Positions 50,101 through 62,677 of a stretch of DNA of 64,000 bases are shown here, in pieces. The notes beneath the pieces were generated by a model. That model worked only from the letters and a program-made list of their open reading frames with translations. It made no database searches and was not told where the DNA came from. Source of the DNA: Azolla caroliniana (Eukaryota > Plantae > Polypodiophyta); contig JBHGNT010000015.1 of assembly GCA_043228905.1 (NCBI GenBank), forward strand, positions 18,414,001-18,478,000. The letters are read 5' to 3'. The position numbers and the translations under genes are program-made. How positions within the stretch are numbered: the stretch's first letter is position 1; every line of letters starts with the position of its first letter.

Positions 50101-51321
50101 TGTCGTGAGGATTCTGGGCCATGGTGAGAAATTGGGGAATATCGGCGGAATCGGCGGGGTGGAGCATGTGCACTCACCCTTGTACAAATCGTGTAAATGA
50201 TAGGGGCACCATCATGGCGCTGGACAATAGTTAGTTCGGGACAGAGGATCCCTTGTAATAAGGGATTTATCCCACATTGTAACGCATCCCTCTCCTTGTT
50301 CTATAAAAGGAAGGGAGCGCCCTTTGTTAAAGGGTTGCCCATTTTGAGTTATAAGGGTATACCATTTTGGTCGAGGGTCGTTTGGTTAAGAATTTTCTAG
50401 GGTTAGTAACTTCTTGGTAATCTTCTTCTTCTTCTCCTTCTTAGGAAGTGGGGCACCGCGGCCATGGTGGCAAAATTCTGTTAGGGTTGTATCTTTCCCC
50501 TTTATATATATATACTTTGTCTTTTCTTCGTCTTGGTGGAGGGGTGCGTTGTCTCTGTTCCCTGTTAGGGTTTCAGTGTCTTCTATGTGCATGCATAGGT
50601 GGTGTGCTCGGTGGTGGTAGGTAGCGTGCAGACTGTTTGAGCTTTCCCCGAGTTCCTGCTCGTTGGCTCTCAACACTCTACTGCTCGTTGGCCGCGAGGG
50701 TGTGTGTAGGTGCTGGCTTCTGTTGCTTATGTAGAGCTTGCGTGCTAGGTGGTTCGTTCGCAGGTCTCCCTCCTTGGCACGCAAGACCCCACTCGGTTCA
50801 GCGAGCCCGTACGCTCCCTGAAGGCGGCTTGGCACAGGAGGGGACCGTTCTGGGAGAGGCGTGCCCTGCACAAGGGTCCCGTTGCGCGGACGAGCCCGAG
50901 AGCTCCCCGACTGGCCCTAGGATGTAGGCTCCCTCTTCCCCTCCGTGTGGAACTGGCATTGCAGCGAGCAGTGCGTGTGTAGGTGTGTGTGTGCCTCTGG
51001 TTAGCGTAGGTTCCGAGAGCGGGTGCATGTGTGGTCGCCGGTGTAGAGGTGCCGGTTGTAACCGGGTGCGGTTAACTGGGCCGTGTCCCGTGCCTCTTTT
51101 GGGCCCCTTGTACATATGGGCGAAAGGGGCGGCAAAGACAAGGGCGTGCTCTCTCGCTTCCCGTGTGGTTACCGGTCGCGTCTAGAGAGTAACCGGGATC
51201 GAATTGGCCGGCAACGCGGCTAGCCTCGGAGGATTCGAGTTCCCGACAACTCCTCCCCTCTTGGTCCATGACCCTGGTGGTCCCGCCTGGATTCGACATG
51301 CAAGCGTGGAATACCGCGACA
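50101..51321 (+). mobile_element. Solo LTR (1221 bp, TGTCG..CGACA) nested in the G2 5' LTR
   Basis: TSD GCGT/ACGT. The empty site is visible in the 3' LTR as GAATCACGTGGAAT (58651-58664). Confidence 0.9.
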
Positions 51322-51919
51322 ACGTGGAATGGACAAAATCGAAAAGGTGCAATGTGCACCTTACACGTGTACATTAGCATGTTGTAAATATAATTGAAAT
51401 GAGAATCGGGAAAATAAAGGCTAGATGTAAGGTTAAACATGTGCATGTGTGATGTGCGCACATTATACAAACATTTGAAAATAAGCCTAGGGCCTATTGA
51501 CATTTTTGTGCATACCGAGGGGTGCAAGTAAGGTTTTGAACCTTGCACCTTCAAGATAGGAGAGAATTGACTTACCCCTAAGCTAAGTTGTTTCTTTAAA
51601 ATTATACCGTTGTCATTTTATTTTTCACATGTAAATTCTCATACATGAGAGCTTGAATGAGTGACATGGTTATCATGCATCACATGTAATGCGTGAACAC
51701 CAAATGACAATCATGCATTGCATGCATTGTATGCATGTCTTCTACCCTAACATGCATCATATGCATGGGGGCATCTATAAAAGAAATGAAGAAAAAGAAT
51801 AGAGGGGAATGATGCGATGTACTGAATAAAAAAATAGAAAATAAAAAATCTAGTTATCCTATTGTTGATGTATCTTGTCACTCAAAATTGAAGTCAAGGG
51901 TTCAATCTCAGAATTGGAA

Positions 51920-51957
<38 letters not shown>

Positions 51958-52100
51958 AATCTATCTATCTTCAATACTTTCTCACTTACGCTAGTATAAC
52001 ATCGATTCCTTCTGGTGGAGGACCCTGACGGTCCCGCCTCATTTCGCAAAGACACGAGGATTTCCTTGACATCTTTTTTGTTGAACCCGATGCGAAAGAA

Positions 52101-53004
52101 GTGGTAGGAAGGGTCAAGGTGAGGATCGACCGATACTTGGAGATGACATCCTCAAGCAATCAAGCGGGAGAGTTTGAAAGAATGATGATTATCTTCGAAC
52201 AAATGATGAGATCTCGGAACAACGATGCAAGCGTGGAGAAGGCTGTCGACCGCGTCGTGGAGGTCATGGGTCAATTTAATGGAAGGAACATTATGGAGTT
52301 CCTTGATGCATACAAAAGGGAGATGAATCAGAGGGACATGTTTGAAGCATGTCAAATCTCGAGTTTCAAGCGACTTGTTGCCAGCAACGTCCAAAGGCAG
52401 GGGGTCATCGAGCTCCAAGAAGGGAAGACGATGTGGTCCAAGTTCGAGGAAGCAATATTAGCGGAGTTCGCGACCGAGGATTTGTTGAGGATGACTCAAC
52501 ATATCTTGATGAAGTGGATAGAAAAGAAAAATAAGAAGATGAGCGCTTCGTGGGTATATGATGAGTTCGACTAGATGTTTAGTTGTCTCCCCGCCACGGA
52601 CCAAGTGCTGCTTGAGGAGGACAAGACTTTGTACTTCATGAAACCTGTGGATTTGAAGGATAGACAAGAATTGGGGACTCTCCTCGAAGATGACACCCAA
52701 GCGGAATCCCACGCTTGCATGTCGGATACGGGCGGGACCACCAGGGTCATGGACTAGGAGGGGAGGAGTTTCCGGAAGGCCGAATCCTCTGTAGCCTACC
52801 GCGTTGCCGGCCGGATCGGTTCCGGATGGTGTTCGGGGAAGACTAACCCGGACGGTTCCGGATGCGTTCTGGAAGCGACCTGAACTCTCAAAGGAAGAGA
52901 GCGTGTGCGCGTGTACCCACGCGGCCCTCATGCCCGTATGTACAAGGGCCTCAAAAGAAGCACAGGCCACGGCCCGGTTAACTGCGCCTACACACACGTG
53001 CGCA

Positions 53005-53076
<72 letters not shown>

Positions 53077-53400
53077 GATTACAACCGGCACACCAAACCA
53101 GCACCCAACACACACATCCACACTAGGCACTGGAGAGCCCTAAGCTAACTCCCGAAACACACCCTTATATATATATACATAGATATGTGTATGTACATAG
53201 CACGTTGCAACGCCGGCTAAGCCTGTTTCACCACAGAGACAAAGAGGGCGCCTACATCCCAGAACCAATCGGGAGCTCACGGGCTCGCCAGCGAGACTGG
53301 AGTCTCGTGTAGGGCACACCTCTTCCAGAACAACAATCTTCTGTTGCCAAGCTGCTTGTCGGGGAGCACTCGGGCTTGCCTACGTGAGTGGGGATCTTGC

Positions 53401-53441
<41 letters not shown>

Positions 53442-56400
53442 TTGAGAACCGATGCCTTCGAGCGCTCGGGCTTGTCACGAATAGTAACAACGTAGAGACA
53501 ACAACAACCCTAACAGAGAACAGAGACAGAACAGAACAAATGAGAGGGAACCCAACTCTAGCCTCACAACACGAAGCTTAGTGTACAAGATAAAACCCTA
53601 GATGAACAAAATGGAAACAAACTCTATTATGAAGCAACCCAAAAATGGAACCCGCTAAAGGGGACCTATGGAACCTCAAAATGAAGAACCCCTTTTACAA
53701 AGGACGCTCCCTTCCTTTTATAGCACAAGGAGAGGGATGCGTAACAATGTGGGATAAACCCCAATGTACATGGGATCCTCTGTCCCGAATTAACTCTTGT
53801 TCGGCGCCATAAAGGCGCCCCTATTATTTTGCACGTATACACAAGGGTGGCTGCCCACGCCGAACCCCGCTGATGTTCCCATTATTCCTGGTTTTCTCGC
53901 TAAGGCCGAGAATCTTCACGACAACGGGCTTGTGACAAACTGGACTGCGGTGAAGCGAGTGTGCAACAGGCTCGACAAGTGTCGTCAATGGCTTGATGAC
54001 ACTAACTTGGCATGGCCGAGCGTGGAAAAAACAAGACAACCAAAAGTGGTTGAGCTGCCTCAACAAAACAACCCAGACAAAAAGAAGATTGATGATGACA
54101 TCATTGAAGAATTAGCAAAGAAGTTTGAGATGGGCACGCTAGCAAACATGATTCATTGGGGGGCCAAAAGGAAAAGAACCCTTAAGATGTGTGTGGTGCG
54201 ACAGGTTGGACCACATGAGAAGGGATTGTACGAGCCTTCGAGAGGTCATCCGACAAAATATTGTATACATGGATGGCAAAATGATTTGCTCGAGTGAAAC
54301 TAGAAGACCCTTGCGGGTGAATTTCGGAAGAGGGGGAATGAAGAAAGCTATGGAAGATGCCAAAGAGACTCATGTGGAGGTGATGCACTATGTTACATTG
54401 ATCGGAATAAGAGCCGGGAAAGAAAAAAGTGAAGCTGCAGGAACGGGAACAAAGTTTTGGTCTTCTGTTCTCGAGTATGAGAAGAAGCGGAAAGTTACTT
54501 TGGACAAGGTAGAGCTTGCGGACCGAAGTGTGCAAAGTATAACCGGATGGTCGGATCTAGTAGATGACAACACCATAATCGCGAAAGTTATGTATGACAA
54601 CCACGAGGTGCTTGTGGATGAAAAGAAAAAACGAATAGAAGAGCAAGATGGCCCATCAAAAAGACATGAAACAAGGAGCGGGAAAAAGAAGGAAGATGCG
54701 AAAGCAAGTCGAAAAAGAATGGATGATGGAGACCCAAGCCGGAAAAGGGAGTCGAGAAAACGAGTCAAGGAAACAGTTCGGTCCACTCGGAGACCCCGCT
54801 TGGAAGACAAGAACTATGCCTACTTATAAGCTATCGTAGCTTTAATAGACCATGGTCCGAGATCAACCTTATGTCGACTGAGGTCTACAAAAAGGGAAGA
54901 TGGCCCATAAATATGAATCATGGGTAGAAGATCTAAATGGCGCATGTCCTTGTGCCCCCATCATGATTGGCGATATTGAGATAGATAAAAACTTTTTTGT
55001 TCAAGACTCAACATCCCATCCTATTATTCTAGGACAACCGTACATAACATCGTCCTGGATGGAAACCAAAGTAATCAACAATGGTGCGACATTTGCTCGA
55101 GTAAGAAGTCTTGACGGGAAGAAGCCCCAGTTCTTGACTGTACGTGTCAACCACAAAAGGAATCGACATAGTCTCAGAGAAGGATTTTTAGGTTGGGCTA
55201 TTTGCGAGCAGGGCGTGAGTAGTCCAAACAAGTGTAAGCCCCAAGAAGGAAGAAAAATTTGTGAATTTGCGAAAGGAGGGTTATACGTAGCCCCTAATGG
55301 AGTGTGCAAAATCAACATATTTGACAAAGTGGAGAAGTCTTGGATGCAAAGCTTCGAGGAAGTTGTAAGAGAAGAACAAATAATGGAAAGCGATGAAAGC
55401 ATTGAATGGGTTATGGAGGAAACCTCATTTAACGACACCATTGGTGAAATGGAGAATGTTGTCGATTTGAGCCCTCGCAGCCAACAAACAATTCAGATAA
55501 ACTCCATTGAAATGTACATTGCCATCGACAAGTATAATCGAAGTATCATGGCCGAGATAGTCGAAGTTAATACGAAATACAAAATGGTGGATAAGAAAGT
55601 AAAGCTTGTTGCTATTCCATTACCTGAGGATAGTTGGAAAAGAATGAAGGAAGTTGCATGGGATCCAAGCCTAAGGGATTTGAGAGGAATCAGATATACC
55701 TTCACTAAAGAAACAAGAGAGAAGCTTCGTGTGGGGAAAGATGAATTTCTCTTGCTAGAAGAAGAAGTCGAATTTCGGGAAATGCTCGAAAGACATGGGA
55801 AAACATTTGCATTCTATCCAAACGAAATCGGATGTGCAGATCCACGGATAATAGAACCAATGGTGATATTCACAATACTACATGTGCCGTGGAACCTGAA
55901 GCCGATACCAGTCCCAAGAGCACACATTCCAAAATTAATCAAGCTCTTGAAAGAGAAGGTTGAGATGGGAACTTTGGAACTGTCAAATGCTCCTTACTCA
56001 AATAGGTGGTTCATGGTACCAAAGAAGAATGGAACCTTTAGGTTCATACAAGATCTTCAACCAGTGATATAAGGTGACGATCCGCAATGCTGGAATTGGT
56101 CCAAGTATCGATGAGTTCGGAGAAGCATTTGCGGGAAGGTCCATTTATTCTATTAGTGATCTCTACTCTACTGTCGACTGCTAGTTGAAACTGATCCTGA
56201 ATTTGCACCTTACCTCAAGGTGCAACCAACTCTATAGCACACATGGTAAATGCAATGAATAAAGCACTATGAGATTGCATTCTAGAGATAATGATGCCAT
56301 TTTTGGATGACATACCAATCAAGTGTTCTTTGGAAGAAGAAAAAGATGGATCAAAGGATGAGGCTGAGTGTCAAAAATTTATGATAGACCACATTAAAGA

Positions 56401-58469
56401 TTGTGAGAAGATATTGTAGAAACTAGAAGACGCAAACCTCACGCCTTCGGGAGAGAAGTCCGCATTTGGGCAACCAAAAGTATTCATAGTAGGACACTTA
56501 TGTGGAGCATCTGGCCGGAAACCATCTCCAACCAAAGTGGATGCTATCCAAGAGATGAAGGAAGAATTTATATCCCATACAGTGGTGTGAAGATTCCGCA
56601 CTAGCTCATGTCGCCGAGCCATTTTATGGATTGTTGAAGAAAATGACAAATTTTGAATGGCAAGAGGATCATACAAATGGGATTTGAAGATTGAAGAAAC
56701 TACTTCTCGAAGCTCCAACACTATGAAATGCTGACTATATTGAAGGAAAGCTGATTTATGTTACTATGGATACGAGCCAAACCAGAATTGGTTGGGTCAT
56801 CAGCCAGGAAGGAGAAGATAGCACACGGTACGCCATCTGGTTCCCAACAAAGGTCCTTAGCGAACGATAGTGGGGATACACCCAAGTCAAGCGGGAACTC
56901 TAGGGTATTGTGTTTGCAGTGAAGATAGACAAGGACTACTTGATCAGGTCGGAAACTGTGATAATTGAGACAGATTTTCTCCCAATCCTTAGGATGATCT
57001 CAGGATGTGCGACTAACCAGATGTGGCTATGCTAAGGTTGATCGCTTATATCAAGTCTTTGAACCTAGAGATCCAACACATAGCAAGGTAGAACAATGCC
57101 ATGGCCGACATGCTATCAAGAGCAAGATTCAAGGATGAGAGTGACATGGTTTCCGAAGATAAAGACCCCCCCCTCGACTTCTTCAAGATGGCCTGACTGT
57201 CAGCAGAAGACAAAGGCATGCCAACCCTCCACGTCTTCAACAAGAACGAGTATGAAGGAGAGTGGTTACTGATTGCCAGGTTCTTGAGAACAATGATGGA
57301 AAATGCTTCATGGACGAAGGAGGAGGCTCTACGAATCTAGAAGAAAGCTTACTAGTACTTTTTGAAGGGAGGATTCCTCTAGCGGTACCCAAAGAGAAGG
57401 ACAAGGATGTCACATTGAGTTGTGATGAAGAGAGAGGAACAAGCGATGCTGATGTCTGAATTCCACAAGAGTCCTTGGGCCGGTCATAGAGGAACATGGG
57501 TGACATTCAAAAGGTTGAAGGAAAAGTACTGGTGGCCGGGCATGTACAAAGATGTACTTCATTTTGTGCCCACATGTGAAAACTGCCAAGTACATTCAAA
57601 CATACGTCATCATGATGAGTTGCGGCCGACATACCTATTTAGCATACACTTGAAATGGATGGTGGATCTAGTCTCGATGCCAATGGGAGTGGGACAGATG
57701 AAGTACTTGGTACTGGCAAGAGAAGACTTGACAAATCAGGTGGAAGGACGGGCCTTGATAAATAAGACGACATCAACTATTTGCAAATTTCTACTCAAAG
57801 AGGCTGTATGCAAATACGGAAGTGTGGGAAAGATAGTGGCTGACCGAGGGGAGCTGGATGCACATGAAGCAATGGAGCTCTTTGAGCAAGTAGGAGTGAA
57901 GCTCTCCCTCACCACTACCTATAGCATGCGACAGTCGAGTCAGGAACTGGCCGTGATTATTGCCCTATGCCTTGTGGGCCAACAGAACTACTTATAGTTA
58001 TGTGACATGCTATATGCCAGCAGGGCTCGTGTATGGACAAAAGTCGGTAATGCCCATCAAAAGGATGATCGCCTCATGGGTAGCGATACCATGGGAGAAT
58101 GAGATGAGCCGACAAGAATTATTGGCAACGCAGATAAGACAACTCGAAAGAAGGCCCGCAGATCTAGAAAATGTGCGAAAGATAATGGAGGCAGCTTAAG
58201 TGAAAAACAAGATTCGGTTCGACAAGACACATCGATTGCATCCCAAGAAGATTGAAGAAGGAGATTGGCTATTGGTCTATGACAACAACCTTGACAACCA
58301 ACACATGATGACAAGAAAGTTTGCAATAAGGTGGTTTGGACCATATGTGGTGACGAGTGCCAATGACAACGCCACCTACCACCTCGCTGAGCGAGGCGGA
58401 TCAAGGTTGGCCATACCCATTGTGAGGAAAAGAGTAAAGATCTTTAAGAAAAGACAAGATGGGTCCTGA
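52101..58469 (+). pseudogene. G2 gag-pol remnants
   Basis: gag (52101-52700, 53924-54829; WCDRLDHMRRDC), protease (IDHG..ILGQP), RT (WNLKPIPVP, RFIQDLQPV, FLDD), RNase H and integrase (GHRG..YWWPGMYKD..CENC, ADRGE, WFGPY), with many stops. Confidence 0.88.
52701..53923 (-). mobile_element. Related solo LTR in the opposite orientation, inserted in the G2 gag; contains (CA)n and (GA)n tracts
   Basis: Its ends are reverse complements of the ends of 50101-51321. It splits DDTQA|NGLVT, and the left tip appears lost by a small GCG-microhomology deletion. Confidence 0.85.
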
Positions 58470-60649
58470 CCTCTATCATCTCAACGATGAAGATAGTAGG
58501 GTAGAACCCACAAATGTGAGCAAGGTCAACGAGGGCGTGGAGGAATCTGATTGATCACCGTAGCCGAAATCTCACACTCTCTTGGCACGTACCAGAGGAT
58601 GTGCGGTTTGGTGGGGGTGGATGTCCTGAAGATTTTCGGCAACGATGTGAGAATCACGTGGAATGGACAAAATCGAGAAGGTGCAATGTGCACCTTACAC
58701 GCGTATGTTAGCATGTTGTAAATATGACTGAAATGAGAATTGGGAAAAGAAAGGTTAAACATGTACACGTGTGATGCGCGCACATTACACAAACAATTGA
58801 AAATTAGCCTAGGGCCTATTAACATTTTTGTGCATACCGAGGGGTGCAAGTACAGTTTTCAACCTTGCACCTTCAAGATAAGAGACAATTGACTTACCAC
58901 TAAGCTAAATTATTTCTTTAAAACCATTGTATTGTTTACATGTAAATTCTCTTACATGAGAGGTTGAATGAGTGACATGGCAATCATGCATCACAGGCAT
59001 TTCATGCATTCCATGCATTGTATGCATGTCTTGTACCCTCACATGCATCATATGTATGGGGGCATCTATAAAGGAAAGGAAGAAAAAGAATTGAGAGGAA
59101 TGAAGCAATGTACTAAATCAAGCAATTAATAATAAAAAAACTAGTTATCCTATTGGTGACGTATCTTGTCTCTCAAAATTGAAGTCAAGGGCTCAATCTC
59201 AGAATTGGAATCTCAATCTCTCTCTTAGTCTATCTATCTTCAATACTTTCTCACTTACGCTAGTAAAACATTGAGTCGTTCTGGTTCAGGACCCCGACGG
59301 TCCCGCTTCATTTCGTGAACACATGAGGATTTCCTCGACAACGTGATTGTACATGTGAACAATCATCTTCCTTTTATACATCTTGTTTCATAAAATTGTG
59401 CACGATTCGATATCTAAAACCAGCTCTTATGTTTTTATCAGTGTTAAAGAAAATGTTGTGTATGATGCAAAATAATGTTGACAAAACTTGACTAGATGAA
59501 TGTTTTCATGTACACACCAATTACCCATGTGATAGAGGTTCCATGAAGAGTGTTGAGATTTGATAGTTTTCAAGCATGAAGGAAATGGTGCAAAATTGCA
59601 AATCATCGTTATGCTTCCTTTTGTTCCATATGTTTTCAGAGGAAAATACATGTATGTTTTTATGTTGAAAAGGTGTCAAGAAAAAAGGAAATGACTTCAA
59701 ACAAGTTAACTCCTTGTTTTTGTCGCATGTCAAATTTCTCCTTGGATGTCGTGTCAAGAATAAAGGAAATGGTGTCAAACACTAACATGTTTTCTTTTTG
59801 TAAGTATCAAGATCATTCTTTCTCGAATCTGAAAATTGTGAGACATGCATTTAAAATACTTCACGTTACAAGGCTATGAAGAGAATGATAATCATATCAT
59901 ATATGAATGATTGCATACAAGGAGTTGTAAAAGGCGGTAACATCAATATGAACCATGGACAACAACCAATGATTGTACTATCTGAAACACATGAAAATAT
60001 TGACACTTCTATAACTTATGCGGTACACGCAATCATGATTTTGATTTTACATCTGGAGCAATGTTTGAGATCAGTAATTTTAATGATAAGAGAATTAATT
60101 TTAGATTTTTGAACAAGGCACATGGAGTATCTATATTCATAAATGGACTATGGAAATTCAAAAAGCATGCTTCTTGATATGAAGTTATAGACATTAAGAT
60201 TCATTACGTAATTAAGGAAATTAGGAAGCAAATAAAAATCACGAAGTTCATTGAAGTACACATAATACGCCATCTTACGAATAATGTACATGCATTTTAG
60301 GTGGTGCCATATATTGGTTTGTTCACTTGTTTATTTGATGACCAATATGAATGTACATGTGCATTTCACTTCTTTATTTCCTTGTTAATAAATGTTTTCT
60401 AATGCAATCAACCATTTTCAAGACTTAAATGAATCATATTAATTATTCATGTTCGAAAGACACAAGGAAGGAAATTTCGAAGATACCTTTCCCGTAAATG
60501 TATTCAAAATGTATTTTTGATTTATTTATACCTCTTAACATTTGTTCAAGAATTAAATGAAATTATTGTCTTCTACAACCAAAACAAGATGCTTGAAGTT
60601 CTCAGGCATGGGTTATTATAGCATGAGATATAAGACATAATTAGGTTTT

Positions 60650-60860
60650 GCACCTACCAACTCCATGTTTCATAAATGTATGGGGAAAATGAGTTTCTAG
60701 TTATATTTTCCAAAAATTGATATTGCATCTCCGGCATTTGCTTCAATCATTTTGCGCCTGCCTACTCCATGTTTCATAAATGTGTGGGAAAAACGAGTTT
60801 CTAATTATATTTTCCAAAAATTGATTTTGCATCTCAAGCATTTGCCTCAATCACCTTTTG
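60650..60860. repeat. About 107-bp tandem duplication
   Basis: CTCCATGTTTCATAAATGT...TTTCCAAAAATTGAT..GCATCTC occurs twice. Confidence 0.85.
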
Positions 60861-61111
60861 AAACCTGATTTGAAAGTAAATGTGTAAGGAATGCAAGAGG
60901 GAAATTACATCATGAAGTAGCACAATAACCTTATCTACATGTATAACTCATGAATATGATGAGAAATTGATATTTGAAATACTTTAATTACAATTTCCTT
61001 TTGAAATGTGTTTTTACTTTTACTAATGTTACCGTTTATTTCCCCAAGTAAACATACACATTTTTCACCTCATGTTCCTGTTGTTCATAGGCCAAAAATA
61101 TAAATACATTA

Positions 61112-62670
61112 TGTAAACTCGCCGTTAGGTAGAAGAGTAGGTGAGGAAATAGATAGCCGTGTTTTAGCCCTCACAATCAGCCGATGGCTCGGCTCTGTCT
61201 CAAGAGGAAAACTATATAACCCGAGTTATGCATAACTCAAGGGGGTATTATCTAGATCATTTTTAGCGAGAGTAATAACCTAGCAGCAAGCTCTGTACGA
61301 ACTATTTCCGGCTGAGAGCCGAGTATTGTAATCACTGTGAGCTTTATCATTTAATATAAGTTTCGTTTTTTCTAATCTTCTATCTGGGTATTCTCCTCGT
61401 ACTCGTAAATCGAGCTACGTTTATGCCTAACGGGTTGTAGCCCGTGTACACTCCTCGTTCTCCTTTCTTTTTCCCTGTGTAGAAGAGGCTTCCACGTAAC
61501 ACGATCCCTTGACACCGATAGCCTGTGGGCGCATTGAAGGTGTTTCCCCTGAAACGGTTAACACAATTTGGCACGCCCGGTTACATCTATAAGATCACAA
61601 CGAACTACGTTGGAAGCAAACCCCAACCGCCATTACGGTGCCCAATCGCATCACACTGTCTTGGCCACCTGCCCGACGCCCTGAGCCAGTTGAAGGAACT
61701 TCCGACTCGGCGGTCACTGACCAATCGTTCTAGGAACTATCGGAGGCTCACTGGTTGCAATCCTCGCCACCCGATACCCAATCGCGAGTTGATTCCGCAC
61801 CAACCTCCCCGCCGAGCCCTCCAGAGGTCACCCAACTTGACCCTAACCCTTTTCCGGCTTTACCTGAGGACCCTGATCTCGATACCATGCCTTACCCTTA
61901 CCCACGATATACCGATGGCCCCGACCGCTGCGTCAAGTGGTTGGCCTGCCATGTGGACACGAATCACACACCCTGGCATTCGTGTCCACATGGCAGGCCA
62001 ACCACTCGACGCAGCGGTTATCAGCTGCCAAAATCGAGGCCTCCAAAATCGCGAAATTTGCTTTATCCCTCGATGGCCCGACTGCTCGATGGTACTCCCG
62101 CCTCGACATGGGGGAGGTCACAACGTTCCAGGACGTCCGGACAAAGTTCCTAGAATTATTTCACTGCCAAGTTCCGAAGCGGGAACTACTCCGACAATTC
62201 TTTTCCATGAGCCAAAAACCTCACGAGACGGTCACCCAGTTCACGATTCGGTTTCAGGATCTCTACTGACAACTGGTCGACGATGTCTCTACTCATCACA
62301 TTCTGGATACCTTCTTGTCCAGCCTACGGGAGCCTCTACGGACGACTCTCGCAGTTACAAATTTCTCCAACTAGACTATCGAGCAAGTCATCGCATGCGT
62401 CCTCGCCATCGATCGGACATAGCATAACACGGTTTTCTCCATGTGCTCTTTGCAAAGCTCCCTTCCTTAGGAGGACAATCGTTTCCAACAAGCCCTCCAA
62501 TGCACGGCCTGCTCAGGCTCAGGCCATCTGGCTCTTGAGTGCCCTCACCGGCCACAATGCCCAATATGTTAGTCTCGAGCTCACACGATCGAACAATGTG
62601 AGTACAACATGCTCCACCGCACAATGACGGCTCCGGTTCACCAGATCGAGCTGCACAATACATACTCCCG
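61112..62670 (+). mobile_element. 5' part of a Tat/Athila-like gypsy (LTR about 61112-61565, PBS, gag remnant)
   Basis: A TG..CA segment is followed by TGGCACGCCC (tRNA-Arg-type PBS) at 61569. The gag-like sequence reads FALSLDGPTARWYS..FLELF, with Cys/His knuckle remnants near 62500-62600. Confidence 0.65.
61924..62018. repeat. Near-perfect 41-bp inverted repeat with a 13-nt loop
   Basis: Arms 61924-61964 and 61978-62018 are complementary with one mismatch. Confidence 0.92.
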
Positions 62671-62677
62671 GCAGGAT

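Larger units (their letters stand above)
50063..59340 (+). mobile_element. Old full-length non-chromoviral Ty3/gypsy element G2 (non-seed-plant type), inserted 25 bp after the gene 2 stop codon
   Basis: 4-bp TSD ACGT at 50059-50062 and 59341-59344. 5' LTR 50063-50100 plus 51322-52071, 3' LTR 58622-59340. Decayed PBS TGTTGAACCCGATG near 52079, PPT GGTGGGGGTGGA 58610-58621. Confidence 0.93.

Noticed and set aside
51322-52700. A second inversion between the inverted solo LTRs at 50101 and 52701
   Set aside because: The intervening LTR remainder and gag are collinear with the rest of G2.
50386-53148. ORFs in solo LTRs, including CV and HT dipeptide repeats
   Set aside because: Products of GC-rich LTR sequence and (CA)n microsatellites.
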